This document shows positions 9,602 to 19,125 of a DNA stretch of 36,915 bases, piece after piece. The translations under genes and the position numbers were made by a program. Each line of letters begins with the position of its first letter. The stretch's first letter is position 1. The notes under the pieces were generated by a model. It saw only the letters and a program-made list of their open reading frames with translations. It was not told where the DNA came from and ran no database searches. The stretch lies in contig JAKAXP010000001.1 of assembly GCA_021816545.1 (NCBI GenBank), positions 1-36,915 of the forward strand. The letters run 5' to 3'. This DNA is from Bacteroidota bacterium. GTDB taxonomy: Bacteria; Bacteroidota; Bacteroidia; Bacteroidales; VadinHA17.

Positions 9602-11536
9602 ATGAACAGACTTTATACTGCAGTTATCATTATGCTTGCCGTCACCTCCGGGTGCGTCACCACAAAAACAGTTAACATGTCCAGTCCGGATGGAAGGATA
9701 ACGGTGGCATTCACCCTGGATAAGGCCGGACAGCCTGCCTACTCGGTCAGTTATCTTGATACGGCTGTCATGACAAACAGTGCCCTCGGCCTGAAAAGGA
9801 AGGATGCAGATTTTACAACTGGTCTCAGGCTTGATTCAGTTACCGGACCAGAGGCTGTAAGAGAGAGCTATACCCTTTTGCACGGAAAGAAAAGGGAAGC
9901 TTCCTATAATGCACTGAGGCATACTGTTCATCTTTCCGGTTCCTCCGGCGAACCAATGGATATTATCTTCCAGGTTTCGGATGAAGGTTTTGCATTCTGC
10001 TACCGTTTCCCAGGTGCATCCGCAGAGGTAAAATTCATAACAGAAGAAGGGAGTTCATTTGGCTTCGCCGAAGGCGCACTTGCCTGGATCCAGCCCCGTG
10101 CCGCCTCCAAGTCAGGATGGAACATGACAAATCCCTCCTATGAGGAAAACTACATGATGGAAGTTCCGCTGGCAACTGTGGCTGCCGACACGAACGGCTG
10201 GGTCTTCCCTGCCCTTTTCCGCTCAGGTAACTGCTGGGTGAACCTGACAGAGAGCTGGCCTGACAGAAACTACTGCGGCAGCCACATGGCGAAGGGCAGC
10301 GGGGCCAATGAGATGAAGATTGCTTTCCCGGAGCTGACTGAGGGTTATACCGGCGGTTCCGTTCTGCCACAGTCAGGGCTTCCCTGGCAGACCCCCTGGC
10401 GCATAGTGACCATGGGACAAACACCAGGAATCATCGCGGAGTCTACCCACGGCACAGACCTTGCTCTGCCTGCACGTGAGGGTGATTTCAGGTATGTCCG
10501 GCCGGGAAGGGCGGCATGGAGCTGGGCACTGATGAAGGACAGGTCAGTCAATTATGAGATGCAGAAGAGTTTCATCAGCTATGCATCGGAGATGGGATGG
10601 GAATACTGCCTGATTGACGTCAACTGGGACAAGACAATCGGATGGGATAAGATAGCTGAACTGGCCCGGATGGCCGAAGAGAAAAAGGTCGGACTGATAC
10701 TCTGGTATAACTCTGCAGGCGACTGGAATACTGTCACTTACCATCCAAAGGACCGGCTTCTGACACATGAATCGAGGGAGGAGGAGTTCGGCCGGCTGGA
10801 GAGCATTGGCATAAAAGGAATAAAGGTCGACTTCTTTGGCGGAGACGGCCAGTCGATGATGAATTATTACCAGGACATCCTTTCCGATGCGCACCGGCAT
10901 AAACTGGTCGTGAACTGCCACGGTTCAACATACCCCCGGGGGCTGCAGCGAACCTGGCCAAACCTTGTCTCTATGGAAGCAATCCGAGGTTTCGAGTTCG
11001 CAACATTTGACCAGGCTACGGCTGACCTCGTCGCTTCGAAAGCAACCACACTCGCCTTTACAAGGAATGCATTTGATCCGATGGACTTCACCCCGGTCTG
11101 CTTCACACAGTATGACAATTTCGAACGGAGAACAGGCAACGGTGCGGAACTGGCTCTGGCTGTGCTGTTTTTGTCCGGAGTTCAGCATTATGCCGAGACT
11201 CCGATGGGGATGGCAACAGTTCCGGACTATGTAAAGAATATGATGAAGGAAATACCAGTGAGCTGGGACGAGACCCGGTTCATTGACGGGTACCCGGGCA
11301 GATACATCGTGCTGGCGAGGAGATCTGGAGACAGGTGGTACATCGCCGGGGTTAATGCTGAAAAGATGCCGTTGAGGCTTGCGGTCCGGTTACCCTTTCC
11401 GGTGGCCGGATCAGGAACACTCATTACCGAGGGAGATACCCTGCCCTCCTTCTCAACAGCCAGCGTCACACCTGACAACGCAGGGAAGATAAACATTGAA
11501 ATCCAGCCCTCAGGCGGCTTTGTGACAAAGTTTTAA
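9602..11536 (+). CDS. Glycoside hydrolase family 97 (alpha-glucosidase/alpha-galactosidase type), lipoprotein
   Basis: Lipobox LAVTSGC. GH97-typical block GIKGIKVDFFGGDGQ...VVNCHGSTYPRGLQRTWPNLVSMEAIRGFE. Length 644 aa. Confidence 0.85.
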   Translation: MNRLYTAVIIMLAVTSGCVTTKTVNMSSPDGRITVAFTLDKAGQPAYSVSYLDTAVMTNSALGLKRKDADFTTGLRLDSVTGPEAVRESYTLLHGKKREASYNALRHTVHLSGSSGEPMDIIFQVSDEGFAFCYRFPGASAEVKFITEEGSSFGFAEGALAWIQPRAASKSGWNMTNPSYEENYMMEVPLATVAADTNGWVFPALFRSGNCWVNLTESWPDRNYCGSHMAKGSGANEMKIAFPELTEGYTGGSVLPQSGLPWQTPWRIVTMGQTPGIIAESTHGTDLALPAREGDFRYVRPGRAAWSWALMKDRSVNYEMQKSFISYASEMGWEYCLIDVNWDKTIGWDKIAELARMAEEKKVGLILWYNSAGDWNTVTYHPKDRLLTHESREEEFGRLESIGIKGIKVDFFGGDGQSMMNYYQDILSDAHRHKLVVNCHGSTYPRGLQRTWPNLVSMEAIRGFEFATFDQATADLVASKATTLAFTRNAFDPMDFTPVCFTQYDNFERRTGNGAELALAVLFLSGVQHYAETPMGMATVPDYVKNMMKEIPVSWDETRFIDGYPGRYIVLARRSGDRWYIAGVNAEKMPLRLAVRLPFPVAGSGTLITEGDTLPSFSTASVTPDNAGKINIEIQPSGGFVTKF

Positions 11537-11559
11537 TACATCAGAAAAACCTCAGATAA

Positions 11560-13986
11560 ATGAAGATTACCAAAGTACTGCCGCTCCTGATCGGCGCACT
11601 CGTGTCCGGCTGCAGCTCCGGGCCGGGCTCAACCGGTAAATATGTTATGTGGTATGACAGGCCTGCCGCCCAATGGACAGAAGCCCTGCCAGTAGGAAAC
11701 GGGCGCCTTGGCGGGATGATCTTCGGTAATCCGGCGGTTGAACGCCTGCAGGTAAATGAGGAGTCGTTATGGGGCGGTGTGAATATTCCAAACAACAATC
11801 CCGGAGCGCTTGCAAACCTGCCGGAGATAAGGAAACTTATTCTCGACGGGAAGATCCCTGAGGCATATGAGCTTTCGGAAAAATACCTGGCCGGAATACC
11901 GGGAAAAACATGGACGTACCAGACTGTGGGGGACATCTTCTTCAGATTTGCTGATACCACTGAGGTGACCGATTACCGACGCGGGCTGGACCTGGCCACC
12001 GGTATTGCCTCGGTCAGTTTTGAAAGGAACGGGAACAGGGTTTCATATGAAGTTTATGTGCCTGCCGGCGAAGACCTTATGGTAATCACAATGAAGTCAG
12101 AGGATGAGGGCGGCCTTAATATGGATATTTCTCTGGCAAGGCCTCAGGATGCTTTGATAACAGTCACCGACAACAGGATTGACATGGAAGGACAGATAAT
12201 CGATCCCGAGGATCCAGAAAGAGGTCCCAGCGGAGATCATATGAAGTTCTTTGCCTCGCTGATTGTAATGAGCTGTGACGGTGAACTGAAGAAAGGTGAA
12301 AACAGCCTTAATTACACTGGTGGTAAGGAAATGACGCTATTTTTCAACGCACACACTGACTATAATGTTGACCTGCTGAATTTTGACAGGACGATTGACC
12401 CGCGGGAAAAATGTACCGATGCAATAAGCAAAGCATCCTGGAAGTCATTCGCAAAGATCAGGAAAGAGCATATAGCTGAGCACTCGTCGATGTTCAACAG
12501 GGTCAGTCTTACCCTGGGCAGCGGACCTCATGCGGGCAGGTCCGGGACCACTGCGGAAACCTCAGTTGAAAAGCAATCGTCTGAAGATTACAGAGACCTT
12601 GACGGGCTGCCAACTGATGAGCGGCTCAGGAGGTTCCAGGCAGGCGGTGATGACCCGGAGCTTATTGCGACTTATTTCCAGTATGGGCGATACCTCCTGA
12701 TGGGATCATCGCGCCGGCCGGCGCAACTGCCTGCAAACCTGCAGGGTATCTGGAACAAGGACCTTGCCGCACCGTGGAACTCAGATTATCACACAAACAT
12801 AAATCTCCAGATGAACTACTGGCCGGCAGAGGTCTGCAACCTTACAGAGACCGTTGAGCCGCTGACACGGTTCATGGAGGAGATGACCGGCCCTGGAAGT
12901 GTGACAGCGCGCGAAACATACGGTGCGAAGGGGTGGACTATGCATCACACTACGGATGTCTTCGGCAAGACTGCGGTGATAGACGGAGTTTACTGGGGCA
13001 TGTTCCCCCTCGGTGGTGCCTGGATGACTCTGCCACTATGGGAACACTATGAGTTTACAAATGATACAGCATATCTGCGTGACCGGGCTTACCCCGTAAT
13101 GAAGGGAGCTGCAGAGTTTATCACGACATTCCTGGTACCGGACAGCCAGGGCCGTCTTGTGACAGTCCCCTCCTACTCTCCGGAAAACAGCTACATTGAC
13201 CCCGTATCCGGCAAGGAATTCAAGCTGACATATGCGCCTTCGATGGATAACCAGATCATCCGCGAGGTTCTCGGCAACTGCCGCAAGGCTGCATCAATAC
13301 TTGGTATTGACAGGGAGTGGGCAGATTCGCTTCAGCTGATCCTTGAAAGGGTTCCTGCTGACAGGGTGGCCTCCAACGGCACTATCATGGAATGGATTGA
13401 GGAATTCAGTGAGGCCGAACCCGGTCACAGGCACATGTCGCATCTTTTCGCCCTTCATCCCGGGACTCAGATAACACCCCGGACACCGGACCTGTACGCT
13501 GCGGCGCGCCGGACACTTGAGAGGCGTCTGGAGAACGGCGGCGGACATACAGGCTGGAGCAGGGCATGGATAATCAACTTCTATGCAAGGCTTTATGACG
13601 GCGAAGAAGCTTACAAACATCTGAGGCTGCTCCTTGAAAAGTCAACGCTCCCGAATCTCTTTGACAATCACCCTCCGTTCCAGATAGACGGCAACTTTGG
13701 CGGTACAGCCGGCCTGGCCGAGATGCTTCTTCAGAGCCAGAACGGAACAGTTTTGATACTCCCCGCCCTGCCGGCAGCATGGCCGGAGGGAGAGGTAACG
13801 GGACTGAAGGCGAGGGGCAATTTCGAGGTCGGCATCAAGTGGCGCAACGGTGTAGCAGAGAAGATCAATGTGAAGTCGCTCTCAGGCGCACCGCTGAATC
13901 TTTCGTACCGCGGAAATATCAATTCTATGGAGACGTCAAAAGGAATTGTATACAAATTTGACAGCAACCTGAAATGGATAAAGTAA
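11560..13986 (+). CDS. Glycoside hydrolase family 95 (alpha-L-fucosidase type), lipoprotein
   Basis: Lipobox ALVSGCSS. N-terminal WYDRPA..WTEALPVGNGRLGGMIFG..ERLQVNEESLW, then ANLQGIWN and WNSDYHTNINLQMNYWPAE, are GH95 hallmarks. 808 aa. Confidence 0.85.
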   Translation: MKITKVLPLLIGALVSGCSSGPGSTGKYVMWYDRPAAQWTEALPVGNGRLGGMIFGNPAVERLQVNEESLWGGVNIPNNNPGALANLPEIRKLILDGKIPEAYELSEKYLAGIPGKTWTYQTVGDIFFRFADTTEVTDYRRGLDLATGIASVSFERNGNRVSYEVYVPAGEDLMVITMKSEDEGGLNMDISLARPQDALITVTDNRIDMEGQIIDPEDPERGPSGDHMKFFASLIVMSCDGELKKGENSLNYTGGKEMTLFFNAHTDYNVDLLNFDRTIDPREKCTDAISKASWKSFAKIRKEHIAEHSSMFNRVSLTLGSGPHAGRSGTTAETSVEKQSSEDYRDLDGLPTDERLRRFQAGGDDPELIATYFQYGRYLLMGSSRRPAQLPANLQGIWNKDLAAPWNSDYHTNINLQMNYWPAEVCNLTETVEPLTRFMEEMTGPGSVTARETYGAKGWTMHHTTDVFGKTAVIDGVYWGMFPLGGAWMTLPLWEHYEFTNDTAYLRDRAYPVMKGAAEFITTFLVPDSQGRLVTVPSYSPENSYIDPVSGKEFKLTYAPSMDNQIIREVLGNCRKAASILGIDREWADSLQLILERVPADRVASNGTIMEWIEEFSEAEPGHRHMSHLFALHPGTQITPRTPDLYAAARRTLERRLENGGGHTGWSRAWIINFYARLYDGEEAYKHLRLLLEKSTLPNLFDNHPPFQIDGNFGGTAGLAEMLLQSQNGTVLILPALPAAWPEGEVTGLKARGNFEVGIKWRNGVAEKINVKSLSGAPLNLSYRGNINSMETSKGIVYKFDSNLKWIK

Positions 13987-14522
13987 TCTTTTTCATTGCA
14001 CTTAGCATTCCGGTGATTTTCTTCTCAAAGCAAAGCCTGTTTGAGCCGCGCAGCCACGGATTCACGAGGTTCTTTAGCTGGGAGTGCATAATTATCCTGT
14101 TTGTATTCAATTATACCAAATGGTTCAGCGAGCCATTTTCTGCCAGGCAGATTATTTCCTGGCTCATGCTATGTGTTTCACTGTGGTTTGTAATAGAATC
14201 GGTTGTAAGGTTAAGAAGGGCCAGGAAGCCGGGTGTTGTGCGGGTGGATGAGAAGCTGTTCAGGTTCGAGAAGACAACGGAACTGGTCACTTCAGGGATT
14301 TACAGGTACATCAGGCATCCAATGTATTCTTCCCTCCTGTTTCTTTCCTGGGGCATATGGCTCAAACAGCCCCTTTGGTACACTTTTCCCGTAGCGCTGC
14401 TTGCATCATGGCTGCTCTGGCTGACCGCCCGCCGCGATGAAATTGAGTGTATCTCCTATTTCGGGGAGAAATACAGTGAGTATATGGAAGGGACGAAAAG
14501 GCTCATCCCGTTCATACTGTGA
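13974..14522 (+). CDS. Membrane methyltransferase, ICMT/PEMT-like family
   Basis: Polytopic 182-aa protein with GIYRYIRHPMYSSLLFLSWG, the family's SAM-binding loop signature. Overlaps the GH95 stop by 13 nt. Confidence 0.7.
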   Translation: MDKVIFFIALSIPVIFFSKQSLFEPRSHGFTRFFSWECIIILFVFNYTKWFSEPFSARQIISWLMLCVSLWFVIESVVRLRRARKPGVVRVDEKLFRFEKTTELVTSGIYRYIRHPMYSSLLFLSWGIWLKQPLWYTFPVALLASWLLWLTARRDEIECISYFGEKYSEYMEGTKRLIPFIL

Positions 14523-14600
14523 GTGCGGCTCAAATTGAATTCCCTTTTGGGCAATCAATCTGCCCTGAGCAAATACTTAACAATTCATCAGTGGCCGTGA

Positions 14601-16199
14601 TTATCTCCAGGAATCAATTTTGTCCAGCGGATAGATCGGCCTGGGAATATTGACATAGTTCAGCGCAAACGGATCGATGCTGCTGAATCCGGGTGACATC
14701 ACATTGACAGTCTTCCTGTTATATAGCAGGTAGTTATATCTGAACGGGAACAGGTTTTTAACCGCAACAATATCCGCTTTCCAGACTGAGAGCCCGAGAT
14801 TTTTGAAATCAGACGGTTCTTTCAGTGCCATCGGAAGTTCTGAGAGAATAAGATGTACTCCGTCATGTTTCAGGATGACCGTTTTGCCATACGATGTCTC
14901 CTGTTTTGAGGCAACAACACCGGTAAATACAAACGGTTTATCGTAGACAGTATCAAGCTTGCCTCCGACAGAGATTGTTATTTCATCCCCGGTGTTGTAC
15001 TGCCATGCCTCACCGGCTGCAACTGCGTCGCGCACCGAGACATATGACACAAGGTTGCTCCCCTTTTCAACAAGGGCTTTCAGAATCCATGTGCTTTCGC
15101 CCGGAGTTCCGGCTGAAGGAGCATCGGCCACATCGCAGAAAACCACTGTTCCAAGCGCGCGGGCAATTTTTTTGTCACGGGCTATAGCCACTGCTTCCTC
15201 GGGACTGTTTCCGGCCGGCTGGGGCACATCACGGACAGCCCAGGCCATGTCGGCTATGCTGTCAGCCAGTTCCTGCGCCAGGTCTTTCTTCCCGTCTGTT
15301 ATGGCGACCGTGCTGTATCCCAGTTCAGGCTCATCGATCCATATGTGTACCGGGAAGAAGGAGACAGAGAGTACATCCGGCTGCTTCTCCATCTTCTTCA
15401 TTGAAGAGAAAATCTTTCTGAAGGGAGGAAGGAAGTCGACGTTCATACCGCCACCCTTGAGCAGTTTCATCTTGTTTACAACCATTACCGGCTTTATTTC
15501 GCCAAGGACGGTACGTACGAGCAGGTCGCCGGCCCTGAGGGCAGTTTTGAAATGGTCACGGTGAGGATTTGTATGGTAGCCCACAATGATATTTGCATTT
15601 TCCGTCCTGCGTTTGGTAACGTTGGCATGGAGGTCAAAGGAAACTGCTATCGGCACATCAGGGCCAACAACTTCCCGAAGTGCAAGGATAAGGTTACCCT
15701 CCGGATCGAACATTCCCTGAACGCCCATGGCACCATGCAGTGAGAGGTATATTCCGTCAACCTGAGGCTGGCTCCGGACAGCATCCAGCATCGTGTTTTT
15801 GATCTTCGCATAGAAGAGGCTGTCGACCGGTCCGCCTGACATTGATTTGGCCTGCACCATTGGGACAGTTCTGATCCTTCCCTTTCCGGTTTTTTCAACT
15901 GCGGTGAGAAAGCCTGCCAGCTGTTTGTCTTCTTCAATGGCTGATGCAGGAACATCCTCACCGTAGAAGAGATGGTCAGCCTTGAAATTAACTTCACCGG
16001 TAATGACCGGTGAGAAACTGTTGACCTCATGCATGAATTCCCCATAGAGGATAACCTTCTGATTTGAAGGATTGTCAGTGTTTTGTTGTCCTGTGTTGAC
16101 AGAAGTACCCTGCCTTGAACATGATATAATCGCAAGAATCGTCAGCAAAAAGAACGCCTTGGTCAAAATCAACCTGATGGATTGATACTTTTGGGTCAT
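14601..16199 (-). CDS. M81 family metallopeptidase (MlrC-like), lipoprotein
   Basis: Lipobox LAIISCSR. N-terminal GEFMHEVNSFSP (HETNTF-like). VDGIYLSLHGAM...FDLHANVT...VGYHTNPHRD block is typical of MlrC N-domains. Confidence 0.8.
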   Translation of the reverse strand: MTQKYQSIRLILTKAFFLLTILAIISCSRQGTSVNTGQQNTDNPSNQKVILYGEFMHEVNSFSPVITGEVNFKADHLFYGEDVPASAIEEDKQLAGFLTAVEKTGKGRIRTVPMVQAKSMSGGPVDSLFYAKIKNTMLDAVRSQPQVDGIYLSLHGAMGVQGMFDPEGNLILALREVVGPDVPIAVSFDLHANVTKRRTENANIIVGYHTNPHRDHFKTALRAGDLLVRTVLGEIKPVMVVNKMKLLKGGGMNVDFLPPFRKIFSSMKKMEKQPDVLSVSFFPVHIWIDEPELGYSTVAITDGKKDLAQELADSIADMAWAVRDVPQPAGNSPEEAVAIARDKKIARALGTVVFCDVADAPSAGTPGESTWILKALVEKGSNLVSYVSVRDAVAAGEAWQYNTGDEITISVGGKLDTVYDKPFVFTGVVASKQETSYGKTVILKHDGVHLILSELPMALKEPSDFKNLGLSVWKADIVAVKNLFPFRYNYLLYNRKTVNVMSPGFSSIDPFALNYVNIPRPIYPLDKIDSWR

Positions 16200-16442
16200 T
16201 TCCTTAATAAATTTATAACAAAAGTAACAAAGTATTTCCCTTCTGCCATCATTTCAGCAACGAACATGAAATTAACAGGTACGAATAGGATGAGATGTCA
16301 GTAATGTTGATTCAGACAGCAGGTGTTGTCATGGCCAAGGATGGAGAAAGGCCATCCGGCGAAGCTCCGGGTACAGGAATACGAATCAAGTTCTGACAAT
16401 GAAAGTAGTCAGCAATCAAAACCAAAAACGCAAAAGCATAAA

Positions 16443-17879
16443 ATGAAGATTCTCCTTACCGGTGCTACAGGGTATATTGCCAAGAGGCTGCTTCCCTCAC
16501 TCCTTGCAGGCGGGCATGAGGTAATCTGCTGCGTGCGTGACAGGCAGAGATTTGATACTTCGAGATTCAAGAATGATCAACTGTCAGTAATAGAGGCTAA
16601 TTTCATTGATTATGATTCACTTGCAGCAATACCCGATGATATTGACGCTGCCTATTACCTGATCCACTCCATGTCAGCCTCCACCGGGAGCTTTGACGAA
16701 ATGGAGCGGACCTCCGCAATCAACTTCCGGGAGCGGATCAGCAAGACCCGTGTCAGACAGGTAATATATCTCAGCGGGATTGTAAACACCGGAAAACTGT
16801 CAAGGCACCTGGCTTCCCGAAAGACAGTTGAGGACGAACTTGCAAAGGGATCATGCCATTTAACAACTCTCAGGGCCGGGATAATACTCGGAGCCGGAAG
16901 CGCGTCCTTTGAGATAATACGCGACCTGGTAGAGAAGCTTCCCGTGATGATTGCCCCAAAGTGGCTAAATACCAGGTCGCAGCCCATAGCAGTAAGGAAT
17001 GTTATAGAGTTCCTTGGCGGAGTCCTGATGAAGGAGAGCAGTTTTGACAAAAGCTTTGACATAGGCGGCCCTGATATCCTTACCTACAGGGAAATGTTGC
17101 TGAGGTTTGCTGCAGTAAGGAACCTCAAACGTAAAATATTTGTAGTTCCTGTCATGACACCCAGGCTCTCCTCCTACTGGCTCTATTTTGTAACCTCCAC
17201 ATCCTACAAGCTTGCAGTCAACCTTGTCGACAGCATGAAGGTTGAGGTGATATGCAGGGAAAACAACCTGCACAAGGAACTGGGGATCACCCTGATGAAT
17301 TTCGATGAATCAGTCAGGAGTGCGTTTGAAAGGATAGAGCAACATGAGGTGACCTCGAGCTGGACAGACGCTTTGTCCGGTCCGGTACTGGAGAGGGGTG
17401 TGTCTGATCTTGTCAGGGTACCGGTTCACGGCTGCCTGAAGGATATAAGGAAGAGACCGTTTACTGACCGGGAAACAGTTATTGACCGGATATGGTCTAT
17501 AGGTGGTAAGACCGGCTGGTATTATGCAAACTGGCTCTGGGGACTGAGGGGATTTATGGACAAACTCTCGGGAGGCGTGGGTCTGCGACGGGGAAGAAAG
17601 AATGACAGGAAAATATCACCGGGCGATGCACTTGATTTCTGGCGTGTTCTGTATGCTGACCGCCATGAGGGCAGGCTCCTACTATATGCTGAAATGAAGC
17701 TGCCGGGAGAAGCGTGGCTCGAATTCAGGATAGAGGATGGCGCCTTGATCCAGACTGCCACCTTCAGACCCCTGGGACTGAAAGGGCGGCTCTACTGGTA
17801 CTCCGTGATGCCGTTGCATGAGTTTGTATTCAGAGGGATGATAAACAGGCTGACAAAGCAAGTAAACTCGACTGAATGA
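16443..17879 (+). CDS. NAD(P)-binding SDR-type protein with C-terminal DUF2867-like domain
   Basis: MKILLTGATGYIAKRL Rossmann GxxGxxG at the ATG at 16443. The track's upstream GTG extension (16323) adds a low-complexity non-Rossmann leader, so it is not used. Confidence 0.7.
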   Translation: MKILLTGATGYIAKRLLPSLLAGGHEVICCVRDRQRFDTSRFKNDQLSVIEANFIDYDSLAAIPDDIDAAYYLIHSMSASTGSFDEMERTSAINFRERISKTRVRQVIYLSGIVNTGKLSRHLASRKTVEDELAKGSCHLTTLRAGIILGAGSASFEIIRDLVEKLPVMIAPKWLNTRSQPIAVRNVIEFLGGVLMKESSFDKSFDIGGPDILTYREMLLRFAAVRNLKRKIFVVPVMTPRLSSYWLYFVTSTSYKLAVNLVDSMKVEVICRENNLHKELGITLMNFDESVRSAFERIEQHEVTSSWTDALSGPVLERGVSDLVRVPVHGCLKDIRKRPFTDRETVIDRIWSIGGKTGWYYANWLWGLRGFMDKLSGGVGLRRGRKNDRKISPGDALDFWRVLYADRHEGRLLLYAEMKLPGEAWLEFRIEDGALIQTATFRPLGLKGRLYWYSVMPLHEFVFRGMINRLTKQVNSTE

Positions 17880-17921
17880 GGCAAACCCTGCCAAAATAAG
17901 AAGGATCCGGATTGGAATGCA

Positions 17922-18833
17922 TTACCTGAGGGGCCGTGACCGGAGCCAGGTAACGCCTTCATCCGAAACCAGGGTCCGGTTGAATACCGCCCCCTGCTCC
18001 TTCTCCCCTTTCAGGAAGCAGTCGAGCCAGGGGATGACATACCTTGAAAGAATGGCCGTCTGCTCTTCTGTACCCAGACCGCCTTTGCACCCTGCCAGTT
18101 TTTCAGCAGTGAAGCATTTGCGCAATGCTCCCATGCCGCAATGTGATCCGTTAATGATTGAGATATAGGTTTTATCCTCTGCAACTGACCGCTCATACAT
18201 GGGAAGATGGTTCTTTTCAGGCGGGGTGATGCAATCAGCCGTGCCCGAGAAGATAAGTGTCGGCACACTTACCATACCTGCCGCTTCGATGGCAGAAGGG
18301 CGGATTTCATAGGGAGTAAGGGCAACCAGGGCATCCACGTCACTGTTGCCGGCGGCTGCGATGAATGATGCTCCTCCTCCCATGCTGTGCCCCATCAGGC
18401 AGACGAGAGTGTCTGCAATTCCGTATAACGGTGAAAGTGTATCACTCCCCATACCGGAAACGGCACCGGACAGGAACCTGACCTCCTCAGCATATCCCCT
18501 GTGTGAAGGAAATGGTCCCTCAAAGGTGGTCAGGCTTATCATAATATAGCCTGCCGGAACAATCATTCCAACCAGGTTGCCGTACCGGTCACCGGGGTGC
18601 TGGTATCCGTGGGCGAAGCATATCACCGGAAATTTCTGCGGCAGCGTTGCTCCGGCGGTTACAGACTGGTCAGGTGGCACAACCGGATACCATAAATCGG
18701 CGGTTACCCTCCTGTTTCCCCTGGCCGGATCCCTCAGTTCAATGGATGAGCTGCCAATTTCATACTGGCCGGCTGAGACAAGGGTGAAACTTATCATTAC
18801 CGCCGAAAGCAACTGTTTCCTGAAGGAGATCAT
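17922..18833 (-). CDS. Secreted alpha/beta hydrolase of the dienelactone-hydrolase/cutinase/PETase-like type
   Basis: Signal peptide. Nucleophile elbow GHSMGGG (Ser150, codon at 18384-18386), VPTLIFSGTADCI (Asp200), INGSHCG (His231). Confidence 0.75.
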   Translation of the reverse strand: MISFRKQLLSAVMISFTLVSAGQYEIGSSSIELRDPARGNRRVTADLWYPVVPPDQSVTAGATLPQKFPVICFAHGYQHPGDRYGNLVGMIVPAGYIMISLTTFEGPFPSHRGYAEEVRFLSGAVSGMGSDTLSPLYGIADTLVCLMGHSMGGGASFIAAAGNSDVDALVALTPYEIRPSAIEAAGMVSVPTLIFSGTADCITPPEKNHLPMYERSVAEDKTYISIINGSHCGMGALRKCFTAEKLAGCKGGLGTEEQTAILSRYVIPWLDCFLKGEKEQGAVFNRTLVSDEGVTWLRSRPLR

Positions 18834-18863
18834 ATTTTACCCGTTTATTATGCTACGGAAATT

Positions 18864-18990
18864 AATTACCGCAGTGAAGACCAAATTGCACAACAGATCA
18901 AATTTTGCCTCTGGCTTTGACAATTGCCGCCGTGAAGACCAAACAATTTTACCTGTGGCTGTTACAATTGCCGCGGCGAAGGCCAAATTA
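18864..18990. repeat. Three direct copies of a ~25-bp motif AATT(A/G)CCGC-N-G(T/C)GAAG(A/G)CCAAA in a divergent intergenic region
   Basis: Copies start at 18864, 18923 and 18966 (spacings 59 and 43 bp). They lie between the minus-strand hydrolase start (18833) and the plus-strand reductase start (19126). Confidence 0.6.
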
Positions 18991-19125
18991 CTGAAAATTT
19001 CAATTTATGCCAAAGGCGATGGACAGGGGCACTGTCATTATGTTGAAATGAATGCTATTTTTACTTCCCGGGAACGGCAGGAGTTGAAATGTCCGAACAA
19101 ACTGCCGCCCCGGCTTAACTGAAAT

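Noticed and set aside
14959-15564. 201-aa plus-strand ORF inside the M81 peptidase gene (also 15647-16135 minus, a different frame)
   Set aside because: These are shadow or alternative-frame ORFs of a gene with strong family motifs. Their composition is Ser/Pro/Arg-rich and non-protein-like.
16323-16442. GTG-initiated 40-codon N-terminal extension of the SDR/DUF2867 gene
   Set aside because: The extension is polar and low-complexity (…SSSDNESSQQSKPKTQKHK). The ATG at 16443 begins exactly at the Rossmann beta1 strand (MKILLTGATGYIA).
18577-19122. 181-aa plus-strand ORF, including a possible 90-codon ORF (18850-19122) in the intergenic part
   Set aside because: The first half is antisense to the strongly supported alpha/beta hydrolase. 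In the intergenic half, the three DNA repeats fall in different reading frames, which argues against selection at the protein level. It is kept only as a caveat in the finding on this region.
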